From: Lepidodermella squamata
Taxonomy: Eukaryota > Animalia > Gastrotricha
DNA: 64,000 bases
Reading direction: 5' to 3'
Assembly: GCA_047495785.1 (NCBI GenBank)
Contig: JBLDXI010000004.1
Location: 2,883,462-2,947,461, forward strand
Position numbers and translations under genes: made by a program. Positions 36,501-50,727 of the stretch are shown in pieces (positions within the stretch are counted from its first letter, which is position 1; each line of letters opens with the position of its first letter). The notes beneath the pieces were generated by a model. That model saw nothing but the letters and a program-made list of their open reading frames with translations. It did not search any database and had not been told where the DNA came from.

Positions 36501-39353
36501 TTTTCTTACCTTCCAAATTGTATATTTTCGTTCGTTTTATCTGGAAAAAAGGACAAAATAAAAAGCTTTTCGTTTCGTTTCGTTAATAGAACATGGAACG
36601 TTCTCCCTCTTATTTATCAGACATAATGTGAATAAATTCGACTCAGCTCCGGCCTGCTCCAGCTTCTGTCAGCTTCTAAAACGCTGTGCTAGATCTTCTA
36701 GTCTCGGCACATTCACCAGAAATTACTATCAGTCCTGGAAATCAAGTTTTTGAATTCTAATTTTGACCTGACCCTGACAGACACTAAAGGAACAGCATGA
36801 CTGATGCTGAGAGCGCGTGCGACACTGGGAATGAGACGTGTTGTAATCCAAGCCGTGTTGTGATCTAAGGAGGCCGTCAAAACAACAGCAAAAAAGTCTT
36901 GAAAAACGACGACGGCAATACACCAGCTTCTCTCGCACTGGACGACGATGGCGGAATACGGAATAGGAGCGAGACCAACCACCAACCCGTAGCCAACCCG
37001 CGCCAACAAAAATTGTCTCAGACTGCGTAAGGTGAATTGTGAATTGTGAGTCAAGGTCTCTTCAAAATCCAATCTAACTAAGGTCTCTCGAAACCTTAAT
37101 ATATCTAGCACCTTTCCAAAAGTAAACACGAGCAAATAAATAAAGTGAAATCGTGTTTCAACGACTATCTCAAAAAGATCAAACAGTTCAGGAATCCTTA
37201 ACGGTGTTGAGGGCAAAATCGAGTTTTTGCCCGATAATTTAGGATTCATGTTCCCACATGGTTGTTCCGAGAAAAGCCTTTGTCCAGCAGCGTAATGAAT
37301 TATCCGCCTTGCATAACATATCTGAGCTGAATAACAGTGATGAGGCCTTTCGATCAGCGTTCGCAATTGCAAAGGGATAGATCAAAAAGGCCTGGTGAAT
37401 TCGAATGGCATCAATACGACATCAGACTTCAAATAGACGGAATTGGCGATAGAACCAGCATGGCGGGAGGCTATATCTCTGCCAATATTTGCTTGCCATC
37501 TAGAAAGCGAAAATTGGGCAGCGATGGTGAGTACCAATCGGCGGTCTTCAAAGCAGCGAGGAAAGTAGGCCGGTCAACCTGCCAGGGACGCGGTTTATCA
37601 GTAAACGAATTTGCCACTCGCTCTAATAATTTTACTTTTAAATGTGATTTGCGAGCGAAGCGAGATTTAGCTGACGCTATTATTAGAGATTTTGCAGTAA
37701 GAATTACCTGAGAAAATGCTCAAAAACTCGTGCAATTTCAAAAATGAGAAACTGAACATAGCGATTAAACGTCATTACGTGATTGACTATTGCCGTAATA
37801 CGTCATGGAGGTTTATTTATCCTTAAGGAATGAGGCCGAATTAAGCGTCATTTTGGAAAGCGGAAGGATTTCATGAAAAGCCGTGGATAGCTGTGGGTAG
37901 TCGTAGAAAGCCGTGGAAAACGATGGCAACCGCGCGGTTTCAATGGAAAGTCGTGCAATTGTGTACGCGAGCGGTTGCGCAACCGAATCGCGACCGAAAG
38001 CCGTGGAAAGTGCGAGTGAGTGCGTGGAATTGTGTGAGCTATAACCACGGGCAGGCGAAAAGTCGATTTCGACGTTTTCCGCGTCGTATTGAGAACAATG
38101 GCGCACATTAAACAATAGCGGGCTATTGTCATATGACATGCATTAACATGCTGTTTTTTCCTACACAATTCGGCGATTTAAAAATTTTCTGTTTTTTCGA
38201 ATGAAAATTTCTTTAAATTCGCCTCTATTTTCTCAACAAAACGATATAAATTTTGTTCCAATATTCTAATTTTTGGCCTACTTTTATAAGCAGTCCTCAC
38301 CGTCGCCCTGTCACCTGTTTTCTTTCACGAATTTCCCAATACATACGATAACAGCGGAATTAAAGGCGCGGGCTATAATAACTTAAGAAATTAATTGGTA
38401 ATAGATCTGGCATTTTTATTTATGACACATTTTTTGGTACTAAAACCGCCGCGAGACTCGCAAATTTGGCGCGAATTTGGCACAGCCAGAAGCCAAACGA
38501 GTCGAGGATAATCAGTTGCCATGGTTCGATCGAGTCTGGAAACGAACGTTGCCTCCATGAAGCCACTCAAATCGGTCTGCCAGCTGGGTTCGCACAGAAA
38601 TCAATGCATCTACATCGCGGCGTTTGGAAGACTGGCAATAATAGAAGCCATCAGCCATCAGCCACCTAGGATTGCTACAACATAGCTGGTGTTGGTGTTA
38701 AAAGTGCTTTCCCTTTTCCAACAAAATAACCGCAATTTTGGAATATTGTCACCTTACCGAAGCGAGCGAAGCGAGAAATTTTCCAAGAATATTCCTGAAA
38801 ATCGTTTTTCTCGCGCAGAAAAATCCTTGCTTTCCCGTTTCATTCTGATAAAGTAAACTCTTGAGGCAAGAGGATTCAACTCTCATTCATTTTTCATTCA
38901 AACCCCTAAATGAGTTGACGCTTGTTCAAAATGAATTGAATAGGGGTAGTGATAAAATATAGTGAATAAAAGTTGACGACATTTTAGCAAAATAAAAGAA
39001 AATAGGTTGATCCGGATGCTTGGAAAGGCTCTCAATTGCAAAGCATAACGGCCTAATAAAGGCCCAAAAATCTTCCGGGAATGCTTAGTATGTAAAAGCG
39101 AACATTTCACCACTTTCTGGCGGCCCCTGAGCACGTGCCCTCTATGCATATGCGTTAATCCGGTGTACGTAAAAAAAACAGACTATCCAACTGTCTCACA
39201 GCCCTCGATTATTGCTTATTCTTATTACTGAAGATGTAAAAGGCGTGTTCAAGATTGCCGCAGGTGTGTGTAAGGTGTAAGGAGGATTAGTAAGTATCAA
39301 TAATAAACTATCCTTGTCTCGAGTCGTTCAGTCGGTCCACAGGTCGTCAAAAG

Positions 39354-39999
39354 CAGGGGTTCTCAAACTTTTTCGCGGCGGTGCCCCCATTTGGGGCACG
39401 CGGTTAAGGCCGCGTGCCCCACTATTAAATCCATCTAAAAACGCAGATATCTCTTTTTCCTCATTGTGGAAAAACATGTAATCGGCTTCCCACTTTGGAT
39501 TGAAGTGATAGATCTTCTTCTTTGGGGCTTACTTAGATTTTTTCGTGGCAGGAGTTCCAACTTCAGACTCGGAAGCAGAATCATCGCCGTCATCTCCGAG
39601 TCATCTTGACCAGAACCCCTGCGACTGGTTTAAAATAGAGCATAATGTTGGCAGAGGCGTAGCCAGGATTCATTTTTGGTGGGTGATAATTTTTTTACCT
39701 GTGGCTTCGAAAATTTCGGGGTCGAAAAAACACTTACTAAGCCCATTTGCGAGCGAAGCGAGCTTTAGCTGACGCTTTTTCGGGCATTTTTTAGCTGAAA
39801 TTAGCCTCAGAATGCGTTAAAAGTTGCATGGTTCACATAACATTTGTTACTGGAGACCACTTTCAGGATTTCTTTGGTGGGTGTTTAAGAAAACTGGAAA
39901 CGGACAAAAATGGGCCGGCGTGCCCCAAGTCGCACGCATTCCCCGTCGGCCCTTCAAAATGCCCCAAGTCGCACGCGTGCCCCAGTTTGAGAACCCCTG
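39354..39999. mobile_element. hAT (Charlie-like) MITE
   Basis: TIR caggggttctcaaact / agtttgagaacccctg, 8-bp TSD gtcaaaag. Confidence 0.9.
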
Positions 40000-41210
40000 G
40001 TCAAAAGGCATCAGTAAGGAGTGATAAAAAAAATAAACCCAATTTTCAGCAGGATTAAGGTGTGCCAGTAGAAAATGTGGAGTGACGACTTCGCACGACT
40101 TCGGCGCACAACATGCTAACTCTTGTGACATGGCGTCATCAGTCGTCTATCACCTGTTTTCAATCCTCCCGGGCACATGCTATTCGTACTGTTTTTCGGC
40201 TTGTGTGACATGGCAACTTTTGGCCTGCGACTAGCGGTGGTAGCACGTTCCCTGGCCCCTGACCCGCTCGCGTTTGGAAAAACCCTTACGCTACGTATGC
40301 GCTCTATTTTTACTGAGTAAGCAAATGTGACTCACACGTAAATGTTTAAATACTTCGTAATTTGTAGCTCATCTTGAATTGAAGCCCCCTGAGCAACGAT
40401 ACATTGACGTGCAAGCCCATCTCAAATAATAGCCCGGGATACTACATAACTTGATAAGATGCGTGATATGAACCCTAATGCCAAGTCAACCATCATGGAT
40501 CATGGGTGTGCACGAAAAAGTTATCCGTAGGTTATGCATGTTTAAAGTCAGACGCGCCCGCGTGCTTGACAAAGTCACCTCCGTCAACTGTCAAAGGCCG
40601 CAGGCCGACAGTGGTAATATAATTAATGGTGATTTACAATTAGTAATCAATACGTTACGAATGCGTTGAGGCGTTGAGGTGTTGAGGCATGTTCATCACT
40701 ACTTTTAGTTATCGAGAATATTCTACATACGAGTAATTCACAGCTATTTTTATTAGAAATGGTGCATGGGGGCATGGTGCATGCTGGCGTCGCCAATTCT
40801 TTTCATTAGATTTCAGCTGTTTCTTCGCGAGGCTGATAACAACTAGAAAGAAAAATCTTCATATAACCGACATTTTTTATTTACACACCTGCTTAGAAGA
40901 CCAAGAAAGTTGGTAGTAAATCGCACTTGAATCGCGAAGGTGTGAGTTAAAGAAGTTGCAGCCAAGTTGAAAAACACTGACTCGAACAATTACTCCTCGG
41001 CTTACGCTCGTTAAAAGGAAATGGCAGCCATTTTTCTCCGGTTTTATATTATTCTATTTATTCGATAAATCGTTAAATATCATTCTCGTTCTACCTCACC
41101 ATATACACTTTAAACACTTCATATCCGCAATTCTCTTCAATAAACACATGAAAATAATTTTAGTCTGATTTCGAATGTTCTAAACAGAAGTTTGATGATG
41201 ATGGCTGATT

Positions 41211-44200
41211 TCAGAGCAATTCGGGAATCGCAAACGCAGCACAATAAATTTCCAGAACGCGCTGTTTTTCGAAAGAATCTGCCGTATTGAAAGCAACGGA
41301 GAAAATGTTCAGGCAAGCCACGCTTCCCATCAACGGCTCGACCGGAGTAGCCCAAGATCTGTCAGAAAATTAATAAAATTATTGTTTAATGGAGGAAGCA
41401 CGTACCCAGCTAAGTGGAATGATCCGGATGTCGTGAACGGAGAGGGGGGTGTAATTTCCTCAGCTCCACCTAACGTTGAACACGTGAAGTAAAATGTTCC
41501 GCCATTGGCATTGGCGTAAGAAATCTTAAGATGATGCCATTCGAATCCATAGGGCCCGGAACATGTAAGCGTTTTATCAGCCGACCCATCACCATACGGC
41601 CTGAGCGTAAAGGTCTGATCGATGTCGGCTGTCAGTCTGAGACCCGTCCTCGACCCATCAGATGCGAATTCCAGGATTGTGCCTTTCTGCGTTGATGAAG
41701 CAGCGAACAATATAATCGTGAAATCGGCATTCAAGTTGATCTTTCCGGTAGTTACAGCAATAGGATCGGTTGAGTTGTAGTAAAAGGCTGTGTCAGGCCG
41801 GCCGAACGGTCCAGTCACTTGCTGGAGAGCGGTATTTGAGGTTGTGAAATCGGCTCTGGGATCGATGCGGTCGTTCAGATCGGAAACCAGAGGCCAACTG
41901 GCAATCATCCCGGGCAATCGAGATCTTAGCCCGTCCATAATCAAAATCTTCCCGAGCTGAACTTGGAGGCACTTCTTGCGAAGTATCCACATTTGATCGA
42001 GGGTCATTGCGTGTCTGTGAAGCGAAAAACATGCCAGCCTGCCATTGAAAGTGCCGTTTTCGTGGAAGTCGCCACCAAGTTTCAGTTTCGAGCTAGCCCT
42101 CACTTCATCTCTTTCTACATAACCGTTTGGTAACACTTGGACAAAGTTATCATGTACGATCAGGAGATTCTCTGCATCAACGTCGAAAGATATAGCGGCG
42201 AAGGACCAATTCGGATCCACATTAGGCACAACATCAAAATCACCGCTGTTATTTTGACCTAAAAAGAAAACATAAATAAAAAAGTTTATTTGATGTCAAA
42301 CGTACCTAGTCTTACTCGCAAAACGTTCATTGCTCTGTCAATCTCAACACTAGTAAGATCTGCTGTGTTGTAGAACGTAAATATTGGTTGCAAGCCGCTG
42401 GAATTCAATGGGAAGAATACGTATACAGCAATCGTGAAAGATGAATTCTCGACATTGAGCAAGCTGTTGTCCAAGAGCACAGAGCCAGCTGATGAGTTGA
42501 TAGAGACCGCTGAACTGCTGAAGGGACCGCTGTCGTATGTTAGAGATGAGCCGGAGTAATATCCATTTATTCCATTTCCACTGATGTCATTCGTACCAAA
42601 TTCCTGGCTGAGAGGCAGGTAAACCGTCTCAAATGGTAGCCCGAAAGGAGTCTCTGATTTGGAACATTTGAATTGTTTTCAAAAAAAGGTAAAGCTAGCT
42701 TACGCTTATCACACAGTTCAGCACTTTTGAACATCGATGTTGAAGTCTGAACATGAATATTAGCTGTGATGAAACGTTATCTTCAAACGTTAGGGCTCAC
42801 CCAGTTTTGAGGGCAGTCGTTTGCTACTGGAACGCATTTCGCAGCCATAAGAAGGGGATACGTGCAGAGCTTGTGCTGTGAAACAAACAACAATTCAATG
42901 AATCATTCGGCTGGTGGAGTAACACACTCCGCCTGTTATATTCTCGAAATTAACGGCTAAAAAGAGCCTGGTCTAAAAATGTCAAGAAATCGAATAATGA
43001 TCGGGAGTCTGAAAGCAGTGACTATTGGCCCATGATAAAGACTTAATGTTACAATGTAATAAAATACCGTATATTCCGTGGCATCCGCTTTGCAAGCATC
43101 GTGATTTTCTCTGAACGATGTCGAGTTGCCATAGACTTTAACCTAAGAATGTGAAATAGGATTTTCGAAAACATAAGTCGAAATGACTGGCCTACCTGTG
43201 TACCATTCGGAAAAATTCCAAAGCACTGCTTTCCACTGGCTGTGACACATTGAACGGCTCTCTATTCGATATAGAGAAATGAAGTTGAATCACATTGATT
43301 ATCACAGCGGTGTGCAAACTACCGGCGATTTTGGCTGCGGGAAATGCCCTAACAAGCCGCGACACTCTCGGTGTCTCAAACCGCCGAAATAAGTTTACTT
43401 ACGTTTACCAACGAAACCGATTATGTTGTTCAGATTTTCTCTAATTCAAAATTTCGATGGGACGATTTGAAATTATTACCTACCAATTTTCCACTGAGGT
43501 ATCGTTAGCTACTCGGATTTGGGCTTGTTTACATCCAAGTTCCAAGTGAGAGGTGGCAAGTAAAAAAATTTTTGTTTTGCCTCTATACATTCACGCTAAA
43601 AACGCCGCTTTTAATTTGTCAGTCGTCGCTTCGAGCTTCGAAAAGGCTGTAAACAAGCCCAAATCCGAGTTATTCAACGTCGCTAACGGTATATGATACA
43701 GAATATTATATGAGAATCAAAAACTGCCTCCCAGCCTTCTCGATGTAAATAATCGATCTGTTTTGGTAACGGTCTTAGGGCCGCTTGCGACTATACAGAT
43801 TTTCAAATTTCGAATGAATACAACGTATCTGTCTACCATGATCAATGATTGATGTCTTTTTCTACTCATGGCTCCTAATATTTCATATCACGGTTCAAGG
43901 TCCATCCAATTTCTCCATTCTATGCGGCAAAGCGGCAAAGTAGGAAACGCGGGACTCGAAGATGAACAAAACTGGCACCAGGATGCGAAGTACGAGGGTG
44001 CTGAGGTTTCGCGACACTCCAGCCCGGGGATTCCAAACAGAGAAATGGTGAGAAATCCAAGCTTCCTTTTACAAACAAAAAAGTGACTAGATCTATCGTG
44101 TTTTTAAAGATTTCGATGCTGGGTGCTCCGTCTCTTCAAAACCAAATCGTAGGCTGCAAAAACTCGACTGGCCGCACATAATACTACTGAGCCTCGACCG

Positions 44201-47200
44201 GCAGCAAGCGGCATGAAAAAACCGCCGGAAAGTTTGCGCATCACTGGATTATCCTATCAATACGACGTGAGTTTAATCTATACAGTGCTCCCTCGATAAA
44301 AGCACTGGGTCGGGAGCCAGACCCGGTCTTTTAACAAGGGAAAGCTATAACGAGGGCTGTAATTGAATGCAGAAGCTAAAAATAGACCGTTTCTACGTCT
44401 TAAGACAGTTGCCATGCCAACGCGCAAAAAGAGACGGACACGGATTACGTGTCATTACAATTTTCGCTCGCTGAAGGCTGTGAAACAATAACACGTCATA
44501 AGTTCGTCGCCAAATTTTTATTCTTATTTGCCAGGGCGGTTTTTATTAGACTGGTTGGCCTTGTTTTTTTACTCTGATTTCAAGTCCTGCCTGGGGTTAA
44601 CGAACTCAGAATAATAAAAAAAACCTGGAATCTCATTATTTCAATTTACTTCAAAAATGCCCAGCTCGTCCGATTTCGCAAACAAATTTCATTTGAAATA
44701 ACAGCTTAAAACATCAATCACCTTGGTCAAGATTTACCAGAATACTTCTGAATTAATCACCAGCAAATTCAGCCAAACATTCTCAAGATAAGTCAGTGTT
44801 CAATTCAGAACTCATGGTTCGCCTAAAATTCGTAGAATTATTTAAAGAGTAATATGAAATTTGAAACAATTAGGATGAAAAATGTATTTTCGATAATTTT
44901 TTCTCGGTTAACCTGACTTTTCCTTTTTAAATTTCATCGAATTAATGGCATTGAGCAATCACGGGCCAATTTCAAGGCATAAGACGTGTGGTTCCGACGT
45001 GAGGGAACGATTCGATAGTTGTTTTGATTGAATGGAATAAATTTGTATCTTCTCAGGCGTGATCTGATTTTTATTCGACTGACCTATTACGATCAGAGCA
45101 AGGTCAAAAATCGGGCAGAAGCTCCCGCCGCCCCTCCTCGGGATGTTGCGATTTTCAAAGTCAAAATCGAATGATAAACAGTTGTGAAAAAACCCGGAAA
45201 ATTGACAGGGCGTTGAGCAATGAAATCGTAGAGTAGTGGCAGCCAGTTTCATGGTAGATCAGGCCTATAGACTATCGAAAATCGGCCAGTAATTCCAATG
45301 ATAACTCGAACGATGAAATAGATTTATTATGAGAATAAATCTATTTATCTACATTCAATTAAATCTGAAAACAAGGACTTGATTCTTCGCTTGATTACGC
45401 AACACAGCTGGGAAATAGTTTTGAAAAAACTGGAAAAAATTCACCACTTTAGTGTGGAAAATTCATTAATTTTCGAACAGAAAAACCTGAATTTTACTAG
45501 TCATTTCCCACGGCTCCAGCGGGGTTCTCCCAAAAATGGAGAAATAACTACCGAATCGTTAACAAATACCACGAAGTTTCAATTTTTCCTGATAAAAGTC
45601 ACGATTTCTAATCCTAATTCGATCATGTTGATAATTTAAAAAGCTTTACTGGCCGGGAAAGTTGCTAAAACATGATAAATCAGGGCAATTCACTGGATGT
45701 TTAATTGATCTCAGAAAAATCTGCAAATCAAGAAGATTGAAGATAGACAGGCATTTTTATAGATGTTGAAACGAGTTACTAATTGTTATCTTATGAATTA
45801 TGAACTGCCTGATGAATTTCTGATGGAGTTTCAACCAAAAAAGCAGGACGACTCGCACGACTTGAGTGGCAGCTAATCCACACACTCTGTTGCATAATCA
45901 GTCATTTCAAAGCCACAAGAACAGCTTAATGCACTGATGATCTTTCAACTCAAGGGAAGGAGGCGAAACTGGATTATTTTTGCACCATCTGGCGTTCAGA
46001 AATTTTTTGAAAAAGACCTCAAAAGTGTGTGCCGAAATTTCATCGATTTTTTTGATCGATTATTAGGGGATAACTATTGAAATACGACTTTCCACGACTT
46101 GATAATTTCCAGTTTACCTAAACACGTGTTTCTCATAACGATAGGCTATTTTTTGAAAATTCGACCTTGACACATGTTTTTTTGGCGCGAAATTTAAAAT
46201 TTTATGGTAATTTTGCCTACAAAGCAGAGTTGTTTATCTTTTTTTGCATGATTCATTGTAATTTGCAAAACACGCCGTTTCACTCGGCGTTACTTATTTC
46301 GCAGCTTATTTCGCATTACATATTGGGAAACTCAAGAACCAACAAATTTAGGCTCTTTACATCAAATTTAAATCAAAATTCGTCAAAATTATAATTTAAT
46401 ATTAAATTTTTCTTCTTTTGACGAGCCAATGTTTTTCATTCAAATAACTCAAGCCTATAGCGCCGCCCGGCGGATGGCCAACTATAAATAAAACTAACAC
46501 ATGCTAATAACTCGAAATTAACCCGATTTCTGTCGCGAGAGGTCCAAACATTCGATCTTTTTATATTTAGCCATAACATGAAATGAAAAACGAATGGTTT
46601 CCATAGCCAAAAATATTAAAAAAAATAACGGAAACTTTGACAATTTGACGAAAAAAAGTTTTAGGGTAAGTTTCAAAAATAAATAGCCTATCGTGGTCTA
46701 CTCGTTGAGACGAGTAAGAATATATTTTCAATTCGAAAATCGGAGGCCTATGTGATGAGTTATCCCCTACGATACTTTTGCATGGAAAGATGCAGGGCGA
46801 TTTTTTCAATTTCAATTTTTTGCACTTTCGTAAAACACACTTTTCGATGTCTTTTTCTCGCTTCTGTGTGCTTGGACACGGATTAAAAACCATTGTTCAT
46901 TAATCCAGTTTCGCCTCCTTCCCTTGTTTCAACTCGTTTGAACTAAACTTGAAATAACTGGATCTCATAAAACCACGACAGCGCGCCGCTCGGTTTCTAG
47001 GAACGCCTAATTTTTTTAATTTTTCACGCTTAATGTTTTTAATTTATCAAATAATTATTTTTTGTTTAATTAAAAATGTACAACCAATTTATTTAGCAGG
47101 GTCCAAAATTACGGTCTACAAACGAGGGAGTTCTTTTAAGGAGGGTGCCACTAACGAGGGAGCACTGTAGATAAGTATTTTTTATATTATTTTCTGAAAG

Positions 47201-50200
47201 AAATCTCTCCCAGCTCGGCCACGCAGGAAAAGAAAAGTAGATTTTAGCCCGCTGTTTAGCCAAGTTTAGTCAAAATTCTTTGAAATTTTGCGAAATTAAT
47301 CATAATAAATTATAGGGAGCGAGTCCACCTCTAATCTTCCCTCCGGTCCCCTTAAAACGGCGTAGGCGAACACGGAGTGTGTGTCGGCCATGATGGCTCA
47401 AAGGTTAGAGCCGTGCCTTCTCAGAAAGGCAGCCCGGGTTCAATCCCCGGGTACGACACTTTTCGAGCACTCTTGTAGCGCGTTACATCAATTTTTCAAA
47501 TAATAATTAGTAGAATTTTAAGTCGAAATCTCGAAATCGTGATCTCTGGTCATTACTCATTACCCCTTTCAAGCAGTTTTCTCTGTTGCTGAAAGTCGCA
47601 GTCGAAAATTGTCGAGTTTCAGCCCCAGCCTGGCAGCCAGTTGTCTCGAGGCGGCAGTCGATGAAGCTTCCGTTAGACGAGCTGAAGCACCTAACATGCG
47701 GTTTCTCGCTGTCTGGAACTTGAACTGTTACAATTCAAAATATGCAAAAAATTCCATTTACCAACTTTTAACATAAATAACACACGTGTAGTTCCAGAGA
47801 TACAGAGGCCAAGATTAGTATAAGTGCTGCCACCTGCGAGCTACAGCAAACAAACAAAAATATTTAAAAACTATGTACTCATATGACGGTATTATTTTTT
47901 CTAACCCAGCTCTCCGGGCAGGTGTAGCCGACTGGGACACAAGTTTTCGCCACTCCGTTGTCCGTGCATCGTTTGAAAGCTTGATTCTGAAAATCCTCCC
48001 TTTACATACAACGCAGGAATAATTGGCGTAAATGAATTCACCCCGAATTTAGATCTCGCGTTATTACAAGCAGCCAAGCTGTCTTTTAGCGTGTTATTTC
48101 TGTACCAAGAAAGCTGGAATTCACAAAAATGATCATTAGAATACAATCGAACGGGAAGCCGTGAATTTACCTCGATTTCCCTGTCAGCAGCTGGTTCGCC
48201 AACCAATTTACAGTTGCCAAGGCCAGGATTGCACCGCGCTGTTAGAGCGCCGTATTTGTAGCACATTTTAGCGTTCTGATGTCGATAATCAATAGCAACA
48301 AGAGGCCGGCAATTCAAATATCTCATACCCCTGATCGGCAAGTTTTTAGATCTGCGAACAAGGGTCCCCACTAAAGAAACAACAATGATCATTTTATTTT
48401 ATAAAAACAATGGTCTGCAGGTAGCACATAGGCCCCTGTTGCCCGAAGACACAGAAAGAGTATCTAGTTTTTGTTTACAACAGTGGTTCTTGACTAAATA
48501 TTTTCGCGACCCCTAATGGCCTATTCAACTAATGTCGCGACCCATGACCCATCACTCTCAAAAAGTCAAATTTTGCGCGAAAAGTAATCATTAAAATTTA
48601 TGCAATATTTTGGCATGGCCTTCAAACCCATGCATTAATTAGCCTTTGCGAGCTTAAGCTGCCGGTATTTTTCCATAATTTTGTCTGAAAATGGACTAAA
48701 ATTGCTTTAAAAGTGGGCTTTAACGGTGAATTTTGAAACGAATCGAGTTATTCTCGCCGCGACCCTCGCGACCTCACGACCAGAGCTTTGGATTTGATTT
48801 GATTTGATTTACGGCTTAAATCACGGACCTCCTTCAATCAATCAAAATCAATCATTGTCCCACTTTTCCAGGACTAAATCAATCAAATCAAATCATCGAC
48901 AACCATAAATCACAATAAATCGCGAAACATCGGGATTTTCAAGAAGCTGGGGGCTTGGAAGTTTCAAGAAATGATTAAAACAACGCGAATTTGAAGTAAC
49001 TGTCCCTTTCCATAGCAAAATTACATCAAAAAGGAGGAGAGATCTTGGTTTCGCGGTATTACGTTTTTCGATTGCATCACCATGGCTAAATCAAAATCAA
49101 TCAAATCAAAATGCTTCCCCGCGTAAATCAATCATTTTAAATCTGAATCAGGGAAAATAGGGTCTAAATCAAATCAAATCAAATCAAATCAAATCAAAAG
49201 CACTGCTCACGACTCCAAAAACCTTCCGCGACCTATTTAAAATTGTCCGCAAAGGGTCGCGACCCCACTTTCAAGAATGACTGGTTTACAACAATAGCAG
49301 AATTAGGAAAAAAAACAACGAGTAGGTAAATCTAGCTGTATAGGTGCCGCTGGACAATGGCTTTGCTGTCCTCAATTACCGACAGAGCAATATCATAAAG
49401 TAAAGATTTAGGCAAACCTAGTTTAAGAAAAAGATCAGAGGCGCCTCGCGTGATGGTTCCGCGAGCTCCGATGGAAATATAATAATTAAATTTCAAGAAA
49501 TTAAGTGAAATTATTGACCGGAGAATATATGATAAATTCAACCAACCAACAGCTGAGCTGTAATGCCGACAACCACAAGAAGCTGCGAAATCTATGAAAC
49601 CCATAAGACCAAATTCAAAAGGGGCAAACGGGGTCGACCTCGGCAATGCGAATCGCAGGTCAACTATAAGCAGCAACCTAAAATGTTAGCGCGCCTTCAC
49701 AGCCATGTCCGAGAAGACACTATCGCGCCAACTATACGGATGGAACTGTTAACTGTTAACTGTGTTACTGATAGAACGATTAACTATACACTATACCCCT
49801 ACCCCTTTTCTCAACGGTTTTAATAAGGAATATTTTTATGTGTCTGCCACTGAGCGTGGTCCAGTGGGCAAAAATCGGAACACCGTTTGTACATGCCAAT
49901 CGCAGGCATGGCAGACGGCTATTATCAGCTTTATCGGGCTTGACATGTTAATGCTAATGTGTTACTAATGTGGACTGTAAACTGTAAAAAGAGAGCCCAT
50001 ACGGGCGCCGTCGTTCACAAATTATTTTTACAACATTTTTGTCATTTGAGACAATGGTCACCACCCTTTAAAATCATTCTAGAACGCTGAAAACAGGTCT
50101 ACATAGTAACTTTTTGAGCCGCACATTTTGGTGAATTTTCCAGATTTTTATTTCAAGTCTAACTGGTCGAAAACTGGGCCTAAATGACATAAAATTCAAA

Positions 50201-50727
50201 TTGCCGAATTTTTAGTTGAAAATGTGATTTTCGGAATCGGCGATTTTTTTAACCCTAGAAATGAGTTGAAAAACACTTCGATTCAAATTTTTTTATTTTT
50301 TGCTAATTGCCAGTTACGGTTAATTGAGAGATAAAACGGTAACCAGTGTGCAGAGCGTCATCGATTACCTACTGGGTTGTGTTATTTATTGCAAAATCGC
50401 AATTTCAAGGGGGCAACCATTGTGTTGAAAATTGCTCAGTTTTTTGAATTTGTGAACGACGGCGCCCGTATGCCTGAATTTATTAAAATTCCCATTTTCA
50501 ATTAAAAAAATGTCGATGCAAAATCTCAATTTACAGTAATCGATTTATTGAATAACAGTCTAGAGAAATACCTGGTACTCGTTGATAGGATCACAGGTTG
50601 GGTTGTTATCGCGGCACGACATTAAAGCGTTGTTGGTCACTTGGAAGCATCGCTTGAAGACTTGACCTGATGCCTGGCCAAAAAACGTGAACAAAATCAC
50701 GAGAATCAGTGAAATAAAGCTTCTCAT
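41211..50727 (-). CDS. Gene C: secreted protein of ~759 aa, signal peptide + six 4-Cys repeats + two LamG/pentraxin-like (ConA-fold) domains
   Basis: 14 exons in continuous frame: 50727-50572 (MRSFISLILVILFTFFGQASG...KRCFQ...CDPINEYQ), 48370-48329, 48275-48171, 48113-48042, 47986-47906, 47840-47786, 47724-47564, 43261-43196, 43142-43068, 42875-42801, 42746-42704, 42653-42306, 42258-41406, 41358-41211. LamG-like motifs YLPL..GTNDISGNG, FTIAVYV, WSFAAISFD, FNGRLACF; SWPL, FTIILFA, WHHLKISY, GSVACL. Confidence 0.82.
43500..43690. mobile_element. Short MITE; a related partial copy lies at 28790-28880
   Basis: IR actcggatttgggcttgtttaca / tgtaaacaagcccaaatccgagt; shared gagttattcaacgtcgctaacg with 28855. 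Confidence 0.65.
44283..47167. mobile_element. Non-autonomous Tc1/mariner-superfamily (pogo/Tigger-like) element in gene C intron 7
   Basis: TIR cagtgctccctcg / cgagggagcactg with TA on both sides; mirror copy starts at 61150. Confidence 0.8.
45951..46926. mobile_element. Nested MITE with 8-bp TSD (P-element-like or hAT)
   Basis: 26-bp TIR caagggaaggaggcgaaactggatta, TSD tttcaact; mirror at 61391-62366. Confidence 0.88.
47385..47458 (+). mobile_element. tRNA-derived SINE head or pseudo-tRNA (mirror 60859-60932)
   Basis: A box TGGCTCAAAGG, B box GGTTCAATCC; acceptor stem does not pair. Confidence 0.55.
48481..49283. mobile_element. hAT MITE (mirror 59034-59836)
   Basis: TIR cagtggttcttga / tcaagaatgactg, TSD gtttacaa, cgcgacc subterminal motifs. 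Confidence 0.85.
48781..49205. mobile_element. hAT MITE nested inside the previous one, with (GATTT)n subterminal arrays
   Basis: Termini cagagcttt / aaaagcactg, TSD ctcacgac. Confidence 0.88.
50002..50468. mobile_element. Mariner-type MITE in gene C intron 1 (mirror 57849-58315)
   Basis: TIR cgggcgccgtcgttcacaaatt flanked by TA. Confidence 0.8.

Noticed and set aside
36713-37372. 219-aa minus-strand ORF
   Set aside because: Non-ATG start, no recognisable motif or splice-consistent model
47385-47458. Functional tRNA genes here and at 5088, 26578 and 52889
   Set aside because: Acceptor or anticodon arms are broken; only A/B boxes or partial arms remain
47901-48392. 163-aa ORF (and mirror 59925-60416) as a standalone gene
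   Set aside because: It is read-through across gene C exons 2-5 and their introns in mixed frames
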